Counted from the first letter of the stretch, positions 1 to 12,872 are shown. The stretch: 38,923 nucleotides of DNA from Octopus sinensis (GCF_006345805.1 NW_021835771.1:1-38923), one strand, 5' to 3'. Program-made: numbers and translations. Notes: generated by a model from the letters alone, not told the origin.

Positions 1-240
1 TATTTATATAACATATACATATATATATATATATATATATTATATATTACATAATACATAGACACACACATATGTCATGCTGCATATATCCATCCATACA
101 TACATACATATATAATGGATACATATATAGGATATATAGATATATATATATATATATAGATAATATATATATATTATAGGTATGTATGTATGTATACACA
201 CATACACATATACACACATATACATGTATATATATATTCC
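1..240. repeat. Compound (TA)n/(CA)n/(TACA)n microsatellite
   Basis: Direct inspection; the ORF 40..246 is only its translation. Confidence 0.95.
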
Positions 241-989
241 CTCCATGTCAAGGCCATTCTTCTTGCTCTCTTCAATTCACTTCTACTTCTCCTTATTGTA
301 TATTGACTTTTTCAAGTGTAGTGTCAATCTATCTTAGCAGCAACAGAAAATTAGGATAAATACCATTAAGTTAAACCAGACGAGTCAGACGGTCTGATAC
401 TATAAGATAACCATTTCTTCTTTCTTATTTTCTTTCTTATTTTTTTACTTCCTGTTTGCTGAACTTACTTAACGCATCTCAATACTTTTCCATATCATTC
501 TTCATTCGGTTTTCTTCTCATTTTTCATTCGTTTTTCTGCACTTTCTTTTCTTCTTTTTACCGTTGTTTATTCATATTTTTTGTTTGTTTCTGTGGTTTT
601 GCCTTGTTTTGTGGAGATTTTGTATTTGTTTTTGGCTTCATACATTTCTGTTTTATTACTTTATATTATTTTCCCTTTACTTTCTTCTTCTGAGTTTTCT
701 TCGTCTACATCATGCTCTTCATTTTCATCTTCCTTCGATTTTCTTCTGAACTTTCTTTCCTCTCGTTGCTGCTCATATATACCTATGCTCTTATTTTCCT
801 TGTCCTTAATTTTTCTTTTTTTGGTTAAATTTTCTTCGCTACTATAACTATCATTGTCCCTTCTTCGGGTTCTTGATGTCTTACAACAATAACTATTACC
901 GATAATAATACTATTACAACTAATACTTCTTCTGCTACTATCAGAGGTACTGAGACCTTACGTTATCCACTTATTCTACAGCAATATGG

Positions 990-1123
990 ATGTGCAGACA
1001 CACACACAAACGTACGCACACGCACACTCACACCCCCACACACGCGCTTATGTATATATACACACACACCCATATATGTGTACATACATATTTGTATGTA
1101 AATTTGTATTATATATATATTAT

Positions 1124-1166
<43 letters not shown>

Positions 1167-1370
1167 ATATATATATACATATATACATATATATATATAT
1201 GTATGTATGTCTTATTGTTATATTACACATACATGTATGCTGTGAGTAATGTATATATATATATATTATTATTATCATTATTATATATTATTATTATTAT
1301 TATTATTATTATTATCATTATATTATTATTATTATTATTATTATAATTATTATTATTATTATTATTATAA
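990..1370. repeat. Compound (CA)n/(TA)n/(TAT)n microsatellite
   Basis: Direct inspection. Confidence 0.95.
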
Positions 1371-1590
1371 ATTTTTCGCTGAGGCGCTCCATCTTTGGGC
1401 TGTAGTTCAACACAGACAATTTAGACTTGAGAAAAGTCTTGCATAGTTTTACTGTTACACTCACATTTGGATCAGCCGGTCAATTTCTCATTCTGAAAAT
1501 CCCAGTTTATCAAGATTCGCCTTTAAGCATTCATTAACAAAACTAGTTCTTCATTTATTATGTATGTATGTATGCACATGTATAAACACA

Positions 1591-1670
<80 letters not shown>

Positions 1671-2174
1671 CACCAGGTGGTGCTATCAAGTTAGACATGG
1701 CCTGGGCCAATAATGGCCGAACGAAAACCTATCAAAGATATATATATATAACTAATTTAGGGACGAACTACCATTTCACAACTCTGTCAATGAAGGACCC
1801 ATCCAAAACCATGCTGTGAGACATATACCATACAATATACTAATCTAAAATTTTAATAATCTATAATATTGAACAGTAAGATTATTATAATCATATAATA
1901 TATAAGAGTAAATACTTTAAAAATCACAGCGAATATCATACAAAGAAAGCATTCATCATAAAAATATTAATCTAAAATCAAATAAAGTATATATTGAACA
2001 ATAAAAATTAATATCATAATATAATGTATAAAAGTAAGTACTAGTACATTGAATACGCGCGTTCAGGGCTGAAATAGGACTATATAAAATCATATAAGAA
2101 ACCATATCCAAGTTCATTAGAATGGAAAAATGATTTTACTCGCAATATCAGTCACTCCTCAGGTCAAATTCCAA

Positions 2175-2454
2175 TTAACTTACCTCATAATATGATAAGG
2201 AATATTAAAAGACATAGTCTTTTATTAACTTTATACACTAACACGTATTTACATTGATTTACATTCTCCATAATGAATTAATCATGTTCACAATAATACT
2301 CTATTTGAATTTTTCAATTCGTAACTTTTAATATTAATGCATTTAACTTAGGGATTACATTACAGGCTTTGTTTCTTTATATATATTTTTTATTCCTTAT
2401 TATTTTATTATCTTATTATTTTTGTATTCCTTATCATATTATGAGGTAAGTTAA
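2175..2454. mobile_element. 280-bp MITE-like element with perfect 30-bp terminal inverted repeats ending in TTAA
   Basis: ttaacttacctcataatatgataaggaata (2175-2204) is the exact reverse complement of 2425-2454; AT-rich non-coding interior. Confidence 0.75.
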
Positions 2455-2464
2455 ACTTTTAGTT

Positions 2465-3730
2465 TTAGGGTTTTGTTTTCTGCAAGTGCTCCGCCCTTAT
2501 TGCAGCCCCTATTTGTTCCACGTACAAATTCTCAAAAATTAACTCACTGTACCCAGGGCTCCGATAACTAGTGGTACTACTACCACCTTTTTCCTCGACC
2601 ACAACTGCATAACCTATCATATCTCTCGACTTTTCTTTCTTCCTCATCGCATACCTTATTGTCAGCTGGGCAAGCTATATTTATGATCCAGCATAGTTTG
2701 CTTTCTTTCTCATTTAAGACTATGTGTAGCTTCCCAGTCCCTATCTCATAGTCGCACTGAATCATAAAATCCCATAGGCTCATTGCATTATCATTTTAGA
2801 TGATACCTTCGGGTTTGTGGTCGTACCAATATTTTGCTCTGTCGAGTCCATACTTGTTGCAAAGTGTCCAATGGACAAGCCTGGCTATATTGTCGTGGCG
2901 TCTCTTATATTCCTTCAGGGCTAGTGGCGTACATTGACTGGTAATATGCCATACAGTTTCACCATTTTGTCCCCACATTCTGCTCTTATCACTTTCTGCT
3001 GTGTTGTCTGTTCTGTATTTTATGTAGGTTGTTCTTAGTGCTGGCTCTTGAGCAGCACAGATTAGACCCTCTTTCTTCGGTTTTAAATCACTTTTTGTCA
3101 TCTACAGACATCTTTTTTCTCTGTCTGTCTTATCTTCACCATCTCTGTAAAATTCTACATGCGTTCTTTATTTTACCCACCTATTTTCAGTTTCATTCGT
3201 TTTCAGTTGCTTGTACAGTGCTGTATCTTTGTAATCTTTCATCCTACACAAGCCTAACCTTTTTGCCACTAATGATAGCGGTTCTGTGGCTTGTTTTTGC
3301 ATACCATGCTATGTTGTTTTCTTCTGCTTTAATACTGTCTTCGCATCCAGTAAGTCCTCTTCCCCCTCTTTTTCTTGGTACATACAGTCTATCTGTGTCA
3401 TTTTTTGGGTGGAGTATCCCATATCTAGTTATCAACTTCCTTGTCTTTCTAAGCTGTGTAGTCCGTCTACTGTCCATATCTAAGGAGTGAAACCGTCCAG
3501 GTGTTGATAGCTTCAGTCTTATTCTGTCCGTTTAATTTCGACTTCAGGATCAGTCTCACTATGCGCAAGTACTCCACCTTAAATTTTTCTGTCATTTCTG
3601 TCTCTATCAATTTATCCTTTTCCAATATCCCCAAGTACTTATAACCCATCTCTTCTATCTGCTACATAACTTTCCCCGATGGCATCGCTAGCCCATCCAT
3701 ACCTTTGTTTTTGCCTCGTTGAATTTCTGA
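2465..3730 (-). mobile_element. Decayed 3' part of an R4/Dong-like (restriction-like endonuclease) non-LTR retrotransposon
   Basis: Consecutive minus-strand fragments: YKYLGILE and KLILKSKLNGQNK..AINTW (RT end), LHPKNDTDRLYVPRKRGGRGL, degenerate CCHC knuckle (ETVWHITSQC...RRHD), LWDF.IQ.D plus endonuclease-like tail. Several stops and frameshifts. Confidence 0.88.
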
Positions 3731-3869
3731 TCTGTCTTTTTTTCCGTTGAAATTTTTCGTTTTTGTTTTATAAGTTTTGCTGTGGTTTACAGTTTTTGTA
3801 ATCGTGCAGCTTCTATATATTGGCAGGTCCTTACCGCCTTAATTTTTTTATCGCGCATTTGGTTGTGTT

Positions 3870-4260
3870 GTTACAATAAAAGGCATGTTTACATATTCGG
3901 GTAGTCAGGGAGAAATTGTAGATATTAAAGTTTTAAAATTTTCTAGAGATGTTCGTTTGTATGTCCGATCAGAGAAAACTGTAGTGTTTTTGCAATAAAA
4001 ACGATGTTTACATTTTCGAATACTCAGGGAGAAAGGAAAGGAAAGAAAAGGAGGGTAAATTTTTCACAGCAAATTTTAGATGTTAAATATTTAAAATTGA
4101 CTAAAAATGATCTTTTGCTTGTCCGAACAGAGAAAACAGTAGTGTTCTTAGAATAAAAAGGATGTTTACATTTTCGAAGGAAAAGGATAAGTATTCACAG
4201 AAGTTGTAGATATTAAAGTTTTTAAAGCTGATCGTTTGTGTATTCGAAGTCTGTAGACAG
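3870..4260. repeat. Diverged tandem repeat, about 3 units of 110-160 bp
   Basis: aataaaa..atgtttacat(a/t)ttcg recurs near 3874, 3994 and 4151; t(g/t)tagat(a/g)ttaaa and tccga(t/a)cagagaaaac also recur. Confidence 0.7.
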
Positions 4261-4261
4261 T

Positions 4262-4338
4262 TTTTATTATTATTATTATAATTGTTATTCTTCTTCTTTT
4301 TCTTCTTCTTCTTCATCTTCTTCTTCTTCTTCTTCTTA

Positions 4339-4376
<38 letters not shown>

Positions 4377-4383
4377 TATTATT
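4262..4383. repeat. (TTC)n/(TAT)n microsatellite
   Basis: Direct inspection. Confidence 0.9.
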
Positions 4384-4490
4384 AGGATAGTGAACTGGTA
4401 GAATCGTTTACACATCGAGCAAAATTTCGTCCGGCTTTACCATCTGAATTCAAATGTCTTTCACCCTTTTGGAGTCAATGAAACAAGTAC
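4384..4490 (+). mobile_element. Degenerate fragment of SINE family 3
   Basis: gaactggtagaatcgtt...tgaattcaaat...cacccttttggagtcaatgaaacaagtac resembles the better copies at 7051 and 25158. Confidence 0.5.
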
Positions 4491-4496
4491 TGTACC

Positions 4497-4735
4497 GGTG
4501 GTGGTGGTGTTGGTGGTGGTGGTGTCGGTGTCAGTGGTGGTGCCGGCGGCGATGGTGGTGTCGGCGGCGATGGTGGTGCCGGCGGCGGTGGTGGTGTCGG
4601 CGGCGATGGTGGTGCCGGCGGCGGCGGTAGTAGTGGTGGTGGTCATGGCGGTGACGGTGGTGGTAGTGTTGATGGTGGTGATGGTGACGGTGATGAAGGT
4701 GATGAGGACGACGACGACGACGATGATAATGTTGC
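4497..4735. repeat. (GGT)n-derived GC-rich tract with an 18-bp minisatellite ggtggtg(c/t)cggcggcg(a/g)t
   Basis: About 4 tandem 18-bp units at ~4537-4625, grading into (GGT)/(GAT)/(GAC) repeats. Confidence 0.85.
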
Positions 4736-5336
4736 TGTTGTCTTATATTGTTTACTTACCTGTTTCCTATTAGAAACGCCACGTATTCATTTATTTATTT
4801 ACTCATTCACCTGCTATCGACCACACCTTACTTTAATCTCACCGGTCTTCAACATAGAAGGAAATTATTAGAACTTTCAGACCAGTAGAACTAATAGACT
4901 AGCTATCCCTCTGTGGCTGGTACGTTAAATGCGATTTCGTTGCCTTTCTATACAATACATTGTTTGTAACATGGTTTAGTAAACATGATGAACCTTGTGG
5001 AACAGAGCGGTAGGAAGGTTGTTTTCACTGATATGACAATCAACTGACCGACTCCCCAACTCACCATCACGCCATCACACGAACGCACCATGCCCGTATA
5101 TAGATGCGTACTTGCAACACCATCTCACCTAAACCTCTAGAATGAGAGAAAGTGAATAAATGGAGAGACAGGGAGAGGTGGGAAGAGGGAACGAGAAAGA
5201 GAGAGAGGGAGGGAGAGAGGGAGGGAAGTTACTGGCGTGGTTATAATTGCACTATCTTTATAATTGCATAATGTCCCTTGATTAGGTTTTTGTTCGAAAG
5301 ATTCTTTAAAGCGATCAATGAAGCAAACAGGATACT

Positions 5337-5502
5337 ACCACCATTACCACCACCATCACCTCCACCACCACCATCACCTCCACCACCACCACCACCACCA
5401 CCACCACCACCACCACTACCTCTGTCACTACTGTTTCATATACTGCTAGTATTGTTACTGCTGCTACTACTATTTCCAATACTGTTATAACTACTACTGA
5501 TG

Positions 5503-5535
<33 letters not shown>

Positions 5536-5709
5536 TAATAATAATAATATAATAATAATAATAATAATAATGATTATGATAATTAAAAGGAGAGCAGAGG
5601 AGCAGGACATTACAAGGACAGTTTATAACTGGTGAGAGGAGATTACATAAAAACATAAAGGCAAGAAAGGGAGACAATAATAATAATAATGATAATGATG
5701 ATGATGATG

Positions 5710-5765
<56 letters not shown>

Positions 5766-5770
5766 TAATC
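5337..5770. repeat. (CCA)n, (ATA)n and (ATG)n microsatellite block
   Basis: Direct inspection. Confidence 0.9.
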
Positions 5771-5886
5771 GAAATATAAAGAGACTGAAAAATAGAGGTA
5801 AACGCAAATAGAAAAATATTAAAAGCAAAAACATAAACAAATAGTGTTAGATAGAAGCAACATTATATTATATTTATAATTATATA

Positions 5887-5963
<77 letters not shown>

Positions 5964-6046
5964 TTCCTGTTCATTAAAAACAAAAATTCAACAAGAACAA
6001 AATCAACAAAACTAATAACCTTAATTCAACAACAAACAGCAAAGTA

Positions 6047-6188
<142 letters not shown>

Positions 6189-6610
6189 AAAGGAATAAAA
6201 GACCAATTATAATATTCTGTTTAGTTACATATTTTGAAATTTTTTTTAACATGCATAATTGTACTCTCGTGTTTGTATTTTTTTGTTTGGATATTAGCTC
6301 ACTAGAGAAATGAAATGACTGTATGGGTTTACTAGGGAACGGTTTTATTGAAGGATTATTCTCTCCTGTTGGCACCAAGCTAATGTCTGCTGAGATCTCT
6401 TGAGTATTTTATGAATAAATTGATAATTTCTTCAGATGGTTAGACAAAACAATATAAGAATAATTGTATTAAATTTTAAAACAAAACACACACGTTCATA
6501 ACCGCCTGCAGTTTGTACCTTTATAGACATGTATGTGGGTATGGGCGTGGGCGTGTGCGTGCGTGTATGTGTGTGTGCGTGTGTGTGTATATGTGTGCGT
6601 ATATTTGTGC

Positions 6611-6646
<36 letters not shown>

Positions 6647-6746
6647 TATATATATTTATATATGAGGATAATATCGATATTTAAGTATCCATATTATCTA
6701 GTGCCAGCATGGGAAAAATACGTACAAAGGTAATAATTTTAACAAT

Positions 6747-6989
6747 TAAAAATGAGGGTGTCTAAGAGACACCAACATGCCGAAATAGCAGTCGAAACTC
6801 TGACTATCAAAACCACGTTAAGGGTTCGTGTCGCACCATGAGATAGACAGATAGACAAAATATACAAGCAAAAATTATTGAATAATTCAAGATCCAGATT
6901 TCTGGTTTTGCTTTAAATAAGCTTTACTGTCATCAAAGTTTCGACTGCTATTTCGGCATGTTGGTGTCTCTTAGACACCCTCATTTTTA
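6747..6989. mobile_element. Foldback/MITE-like element with 53-bp perfect inverted repeats
   Basis: taaaaatgagggtgtctaagagacaccaacatgccgaaatagcagtcgaaact (6747-6799) vs its reverse complement at 6937-6989; lies between (TA)n tracts. Confidence 0.85.
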
Positions 6990-7050
6990 TTGTTTATATA
7001 TATATATTTACATATATATATAAATATATAAATGTATACATACATATATA

Positions 7051-7282
7051 TTTCTTTACTACCCACAAGGGGCTAGACACAGAGAGGTCAAACAAGGACA
7101 GACAAACGGATTAAGTCGAATACATCAACCCCAGTGCGTAACTGGTACTTAATTTATCGACCCCCAAAGGATGAAAGGCAAAGTCGACCTCGGCGGAATT
7201 TGAACTCAGTACGTAGCGACGGGCGAAATACCTCTAAGCATTTTGTCCAGTGTGCTAACGTTTCTGCCAGCTCGCCGCCTTT
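7051..7282 (-). mobile_element. SINE family 3 (tRNA-related head, Nin/Deu-like central domain), near full length
   Basis: Minus strand reads aaggcggcgagctggcagaaacgttagcac...gagttcaaattccgccgaggtcgactttgcctttcatcctttgggggtcgataaattaagtaccag; many homologous copies in the window. Confidence 0.85.
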
Positions 7283-7490
7283 ATGTATACACACATATAT
7301 GTATGTGTGTATGTGCATATGTGTTAATACATATTCATATATATATATATATATATATACATACATATATGCATGTGTGTATGTGCATATGTGTTAATAC
7401 ATATTCATATATATATATTCTATACATATACATTATGTGTGTGTATGTGCATATGTGTTAATACATATTCATTATTATATAATATATATA

Positions 7491-7571
<81 letters not shown>

Positions 7572-7645
7572 CAAGAGAGAGAGAGAGACAGAGAGAGTCA
7601 CAGAGATTGAAAGAAAATGGAATTCACGGGATTGTTTATTATTCA

Positions 7646-7690
7646 CCATGATCGTTTCGACCCACCGTGCACCAGTGCCTCGCAGGACGG
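7646..7690 (-). ncRNA. Degenerate hammerhead-like motif
   Basis: Minus: ccgtc-CTG.CGA-ggcactggtgcacggtgggtc-GAAAC-gATC-atgg. Core lacks A6 and helix III is mismatched. Confidence 0.25.
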
Positions 7691-7789
7691 TTGTTGTGCA
7701 TCGTAGGTGCAGATGTGTCCCAGGTGATTTGTCAAAAGTACCTCGTTTTTTAATCTCCGTTTCGATTATTTACATTGTAAGACATTTTG

Positions 7790-7816
7790 TTAGTAGTAGT
7801 AGTAGTAGTAGTAGTA

Positions 7817-7869
<53 letters not shown>

Positions 7870-7870
7870 T
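7790..7870. repeat. (AGT)n microsatellite
   Basis: Direct inspection. Confidence 0.95.
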
Positions 7871-8099
7871 TTGCTACGCGTCTACACTAGGATTCATTTA
7901 CTGAGTTACATATTTTTACTTCTATTTTATATTACATTTTATTTTATTTTCGATTTTGGTAAGTTATCTTATGGCTCATATGAGAAGAGTTCTACATTAT
8001 AACTGGGTTCCTAGCGTAGACGCGTAGCAGACTACAACTACTACTACTGCTGCTGCTGCTACCAAAATGGATTGCAACAGAAATAAGCAAAGCGGAGGT

Positions 8100-8615
8100 T
8101 AAAAGAAACGAGGTACCTGCAGTGTCATAGTGGTTCCCCATCTCTGTGAGGTACTTCCTCATCCGCCGTGACCATGTGACATATGACGGACCAACACCAG
8201 CCATCTCCCAGATGGATTCTCAAGAACTCAACCCGTTACGCAGGATCTGACTCAGAAAATTGAGCAACAAGAGAAAACAGCTCCCGAATCATACAAGTAG
8301 CAGGATGCATCACAGTTCCTCAGTTTTGGGGTTGGCCGGATACAAAATCTGACCAATGGTAACCCATTATCATGGAAAGCTTATTGGTACCGAAGGAATT
8401 CAGTTGGCTCCTAAGGGCCCGGGCAGTGTCCAAGTCTTGCAACTATAAAGCAAGACAGGGAAGACCAAAGATCTGCAAAGCCAAACCTTTGTTCTCCTGC
8501 TTAGATAACCGCAGCACCAAACAACTATGTCCATTGAATCTACAACTGCACCAATACGTCCAAGTCTCCTTAAGACTTCAGATTTGCTGCTAATGCTGCT
8601 ATTGGTCACAGGGTC
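8100..8615 (-). mobile_element. Decayed RTE-clade LINE fragment (C-terminal to the RT core)
   Basis: SEVLRRLG...LSRRTKVWLCRSLVFPVLLYSCKTWTL, then frameshifted LNSFGTNKLSMIMGYHWSDFVS; typical RTE C-terminal pattern. Confidence 0.8.
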
Positions 8616-8849
8616 AAGGTAAGCTAAGTAAAGCGGTTGATACCTTCTCCACTGTCAATCTACTACCGACCTCATCGTCTCTATGCCTACTATTACTCTC
8701 ACTTCAGCAAAAAGAGTAGAAGAATTGTCATTGAATAGTGAGAGAGGCGTCAAAGTGTGACACACTGACACACAGAAATTCGTTTTGGCATTTTTTTTAG
8801 TATAGATATATATACATGTGTGTGTAGGTATATATGTGCGTGTATGTAA

Positions 8850-9000
8850 GTGTGTCTTTGTGTTGTATATGTCCTCTACCACCGCTTGACAACCGCAATA
8901 TAGCGGTTCAGCAAAAAATACCGATAGAATAAGTGTAAACTCTTCAAGGCGTTGCCCTTGAATGGCCGTAGTCCAATGACTGAAACAGGTAAAAGATAAT
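8850..9000 (+). mobile_element. 3' part of SINE family 2
   Basis: accaccgcttgacaacc...gcggttcagcaaaaaataccgatagaataag...caatgactgaaacaggtaaaagat matches the tail of the 23091-23465 copy. Confidence 0.7.
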
Positions 9001-10011
9001 ATGTGGCGGGGGAGGACATTAAAGGGAGAGAATGTCATGACTTACTTGGTGAATGAAAACAGATTTAAAGTGTTGTGAGATAATGCCGAGAATGAATTTA
9101 GTTCAGTTAATTTAAATAGAAGCAGGTTTGGGGAGAGATAATTAGAAGGAAGTACATGAAATGAGAGAAGGAGAGAAACGTTTCTTTGAGAAACAGGAAG
9201 AGGAAAGGAGAAGGAGGAAAACAAATGAATCTTTTCAACATCACACCTGATGCAGATAAATAAACATCGATTTCTTATAGAGGCACAAGGTCTGAGATAT
9301 TTAAGAGAGAGCAGTTTGAGATTGTGTGACATTCATAGGTTTCTTATTGTTACGAAGTTGCTATGTTATGTGAAATGGCTGCAATGTTTAGTCAAGACTA
9401 CGTTATAAATCTCCTCACTAACAACTTGGCCAGTAATCTGTACCGTTCGGTACGCAAGTCAATAAATAATGGCTGCCTTTCATTGAATACATGTGGTAAA
9501 CATTTTGAGACTTTGATACATTTCATAAGAACGTCTGTGAAAGAATCTGTGGAAAAACAGTTTTGAAATTATATAGGACCAGATGACTTTGTGGCTGCGG
9601 CGAACCTTTCGTTATAATTTGATCAAAGTGGCTAAGATAGTACCTGTGGCTTTTGAAGCAGCCCATCTCACACTATACTGTAATGATGCAGTGATCAATG
9701 TTCAACTCGAGAGTCTACGAGAAAAATGTAGATGCTGGAGAGAATTTGGTTTCTGGTGGGAATGTTTGAAACACAATGTAGTTGTGAGGTTTACAGACAG
9801 TATAGAATTATTAAACGGAACAACTCTTTGGTAAACCAACAAATATTCAGGATAATCATTGTTTTTATTTTTAGGTGGAAAAAATCTTCTAAGAACAGGT
9901 GAAAATGTACAATCATAAAGCGTTGCTGTAATTGTTTCACTTTCTGAGTTCAAATCCCACCTTAATTTTGAGGACATAGAGGAATACCACGAAAAGTACT
10001 ATGGAGTTAAA

Positions 10012-10330
10012 GACTCCGCCGGTTACGACGACGAGGGTCCCAGCTGATACGATCAACGGAACAGCTTGCTCGTGAAATTAACGTGCAAATGGCTGAGCAT
10101 TCCACAGACACGTGTACCCTTAACGTAGTTCTCGGGGAAAATCAGCGTGACACAGAGAGTGACAAGGCTGACCCTTTGAAATACAAGTACAACTCATTTT
10201 TGCCAGCTGAGTGGACTGGAGCAACGTGAAATAAAGTATCTTGCTCAGGGACACAACGCGTCGCTGGGAATCGAACTCACAACCTTACGATCATGAGCCG
10301 AATGCCCTAACCACTAAGCCACGCGCCCTC
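10012..10330 (-). mobile_element. SINE family 1 (tRNA-derived), near full length
   Basis: Minus: gcgcgtggcttagtggttagg (A box)...gagttcgattccc (B box), then gttgtgtccctgagcaagatact...ccagtccactcagctgg; second copy at 29205. Confidence 0.88.
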
Positions 10331-11319
10331 ACACGAAAAGTACTAGGGTTAATATAACCAACAATACTCATTGACGCCGGTTTTCCAAGAATAAAGACTC
10401 GTTATGTTTTTATTGTTTTATAAGACTATTTTAACGAACAAGGAACGCGGTATTGTGGCGGTCATGCCTTACTCAGCAGCATCAGTGACGGAAGTCAGTT
10501 AGTTTCATCCAAGAACTGGAACTTGAATTTTCCGCGGTTAACCCCGTACTACCCAATGATTGACAGGTTGAAATTAAATTCCTAGTACCAGCAAAAGACA
10601 AGAATTTTAATAGAGGGTTAAGAATAGTTGATCCCATTCACTCAAATAGTTAGCCGTTAATTATTTTATACAAACCCTCCAGAATAATGAATACTAAAGT
10701 CGGCAAAGTAGGATATCGAACACAAAATACAAAAATTTGCAACAAAAAAAAAAGATATGAAACATCTTCTCAAAACAAAACAAAAAAAATGAAGCCTCTT
10801 CTCAATTCAGCCAATTCGTATTTTGTTAGGTATATATTTTTGCCTTTTAGAAATAACTCAAAGCAAGTAAAAAAAAAAATTAACAAGAACAATTCTACCA
10901 TCCACACCCTTTGTTTAAATAAGAATGTAGCCATTACTTTTTTAGAAATTGACAAGTGATTTCTGAGCTTATCTCCTAACGTCTCTACTAATTACCAGCA
11001 CATAGCTTTTGGATCAACATGAAAGACGCTTTGTGGTAGACGTATTAGGATGGCTAATTGGTTATAAGTTGAAGCTACCGTGACTACATTTCATTAACAG
11101 ATCAAAAGTTATTCCTTTCAAATAGAGAACCAGAGGATCATTGCTTTGGCATACTAAACGAAAAGATTCGGTTTGCCCTGAATACAGGTATGAGTGCATG
11201 TATGTAATGTCTTATATATATATATATATATATATACAGAGAGAGAGACAGACGGACAGACAGACAGACAGACAGACGGACGGAGAGAGAAAGATAAATA
11301 GAAATGGTAAGACAAGAGA

Positions 11320-11480
11320 ATGAAAGAGACCTCGATATTAAGTAACTAGGGGAAATTATCTGTAAATATATGTGACAATTATTCGGTAGCCATGATAAAA
11401 CTCCGAGTTTCGGATGTCGGGGCGAAAACCCACGCCAGCATCTCTTCAGTTAATGGGCCATCGAAAAAAATGCTATCCAC
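11320..11480 (-). mobile_element. Short (TA)n-associated element, family C, containing a hammerhead-like motif
   Basis: Homologous to 33870-34000; motif at 11390-11456. Confidence 0.6.
11390..11456 (-). ncRNA. Type I hammerhead-ribozyme-like motif (family C)
   Basis: Minus: CCATTAA-CTGAAGA-GATG...CATC-c-GAAA-CTCgGAG-TT-TTA(TC)ATGG. Helix I 7 bp with a 2-nt bulge, helix II GATG/CATC plus inner ggcg/cgcc, near-palindromic helix III; one extra C before GAAA. Confidence 0.55.
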
Positions 11481-11536
11481 ATATTATATTTACAAATATA
11501 TATATATATATATAATATATAAATTATATATATATA

Positions 11537-11604
<68 letters not shown>

Positions 11605-11690
11605 TAAGTTCGTTAATTTAAATGTCGATCTTATTAAGTGGCCAGCATGGGAATAAAACCTTCAAAGGTAATAATTATTATTAAAAATAA

Positions 11691-11753
11691 TAATTTAGGG
11701 TATCTATGGCTGCTATTTCCAGCGTGGCAGTATCTCTTAGATACCCTAAATTA
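11691..11753. mobile_element. Truncated foldback element related to 6747-6989
   Basis: 16-bp perfect inverted arms taatttagggtatcta/tagataccctaaatta; interior matches the right arm of the 6747 element; both share the upstream flank gccagcatggga...caaaggtaataatt. Confidence 0.7.
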
Positions 11754-11897
11754 TAATTAAATACACATATATATATATATATGTGTGTGTTTAAAATCAT
11801 GTCAATGATTTTTAACAGGTAGTTAGCATGCAATAAAAATTTATAGGTAATTTATACATTAAATTAATAATTATATATATATATATATATAATTATG

Positions 11898-12030
11898 TTA
11901 AGGGAGCAAGGGCCAAAAGAACGACCTATGTCCATTCAGATACTACCCTGTATATCTTTGGAGTTTTTCGGTTGCATCGACATTCAAGCATGTTGGAGAT
12001 AGGTCGTTCTTTTCGCACTTGCTCCCTTAA
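11898..12030. mobile_element. 133-bp MITE-like foldback with 37-bp arms, TTAA-GGG termini
   Basis: ttaagggagcaagggccaaaagaacgacctatgtcca vs the reverse complement of 11994-12030; 3 mismatches. Confidence 0.75.
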
Positions 12031-12075
12031 TATAAATGTACATATATATATAATTATTAACTTAATGTATATATA

Positions 12076-12156
<81 letters not shown>

Positions 12157-12639
12157 TATATATACATATGAACATGGATCACACCTTGATTAAATAAATT
12201 AGTTTTCTAACACTTCTGAAACATACCATTGTTACCTCCCTTTACATTTCATGTGAAACAACCTAATATATATATATGTATATATCAGGTAGTCAGCATG
12301 CAATAAAAAGTTATAGGTAATTTATACATTAAATTAATAATTATATATATATATATGTATATAATTATATCAAGGGGTGAAAAGAATAACCTATCTCCAA
12401 CATATATATATAATCTATCGTACGAACGTGAAATAGTTATATATATATAAATACACACACACACATACACACACATAATATACATACACTCATACCTCTG
12501 TGTGTGTATGGACGGGCTTTGGAAAGTACACTCCAAGCTCCTGATCCAAATGGAATACATACATACATATGCGCATACCCACACATCCACACATATATAT
12601 ACACACACACACACGTATACACATACATAATTATATATA

Positions 12640-12867
12640 TATATATATATAACGGGAAAGTTTACGAAAATAAACAAAAGACGAAGGCAGGTGGAGTACA
12701 AACAAACAAATGTATTAGCATAGCGCTCAGGAATAGAAATAGAAAAAGTATTTTATGTTTCGAGCCTACGCTCCTCGACAGAAAGATACACAGAAAAAAA
12801 AACAAGGAGAGAAACAATGAGAGAAAAAAGGAGAGAAAAAAATGCGTGTAGGAGCTAACGATCTATC

Positions 12868-12872
<5 letters not shown>
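12640..12872 (-). mobile_element. Family A (TA)n-associated short element, inverted copy
   Basis: Reverse complement of 12968-13212; homologous to 38445-38630. Confidence 0.75.

Noticed and set aside
247-957. Minus-strand K/E/R-rich frame (…SEENLTKKRKIKDKENK…EEHDVDEENSEEESK…)
   Set aside because: No start codon, several in-frame stops and no recognisable homology; purine-rich low complexity explains it.
1670-1830. Hammerhead-like remnants (ggccaataatggccgaac; tgaaggacccatccaaaac)
   Set aside because: Too many core substitutions to call.
4461-4773. Mucin-like (TTIAAD), Gly-rich or Val-rich ORFs
   Set aside because: Product of a GGT-derived minisatellite, open in several frames on both strands, with no splice or start support.
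9363-9977. Short ORFs in unique sequence
   Set aside because: No recognisable motifs or convincing exon boundaries; lengths are within chance.
10260-10330. tRNA gene calls at SINE heads (also 23091, 29205, 33243)
   Set aside because: A and B boxes are present, but there is no acceptor-stem closure and the sequence runs into SINE bodies.
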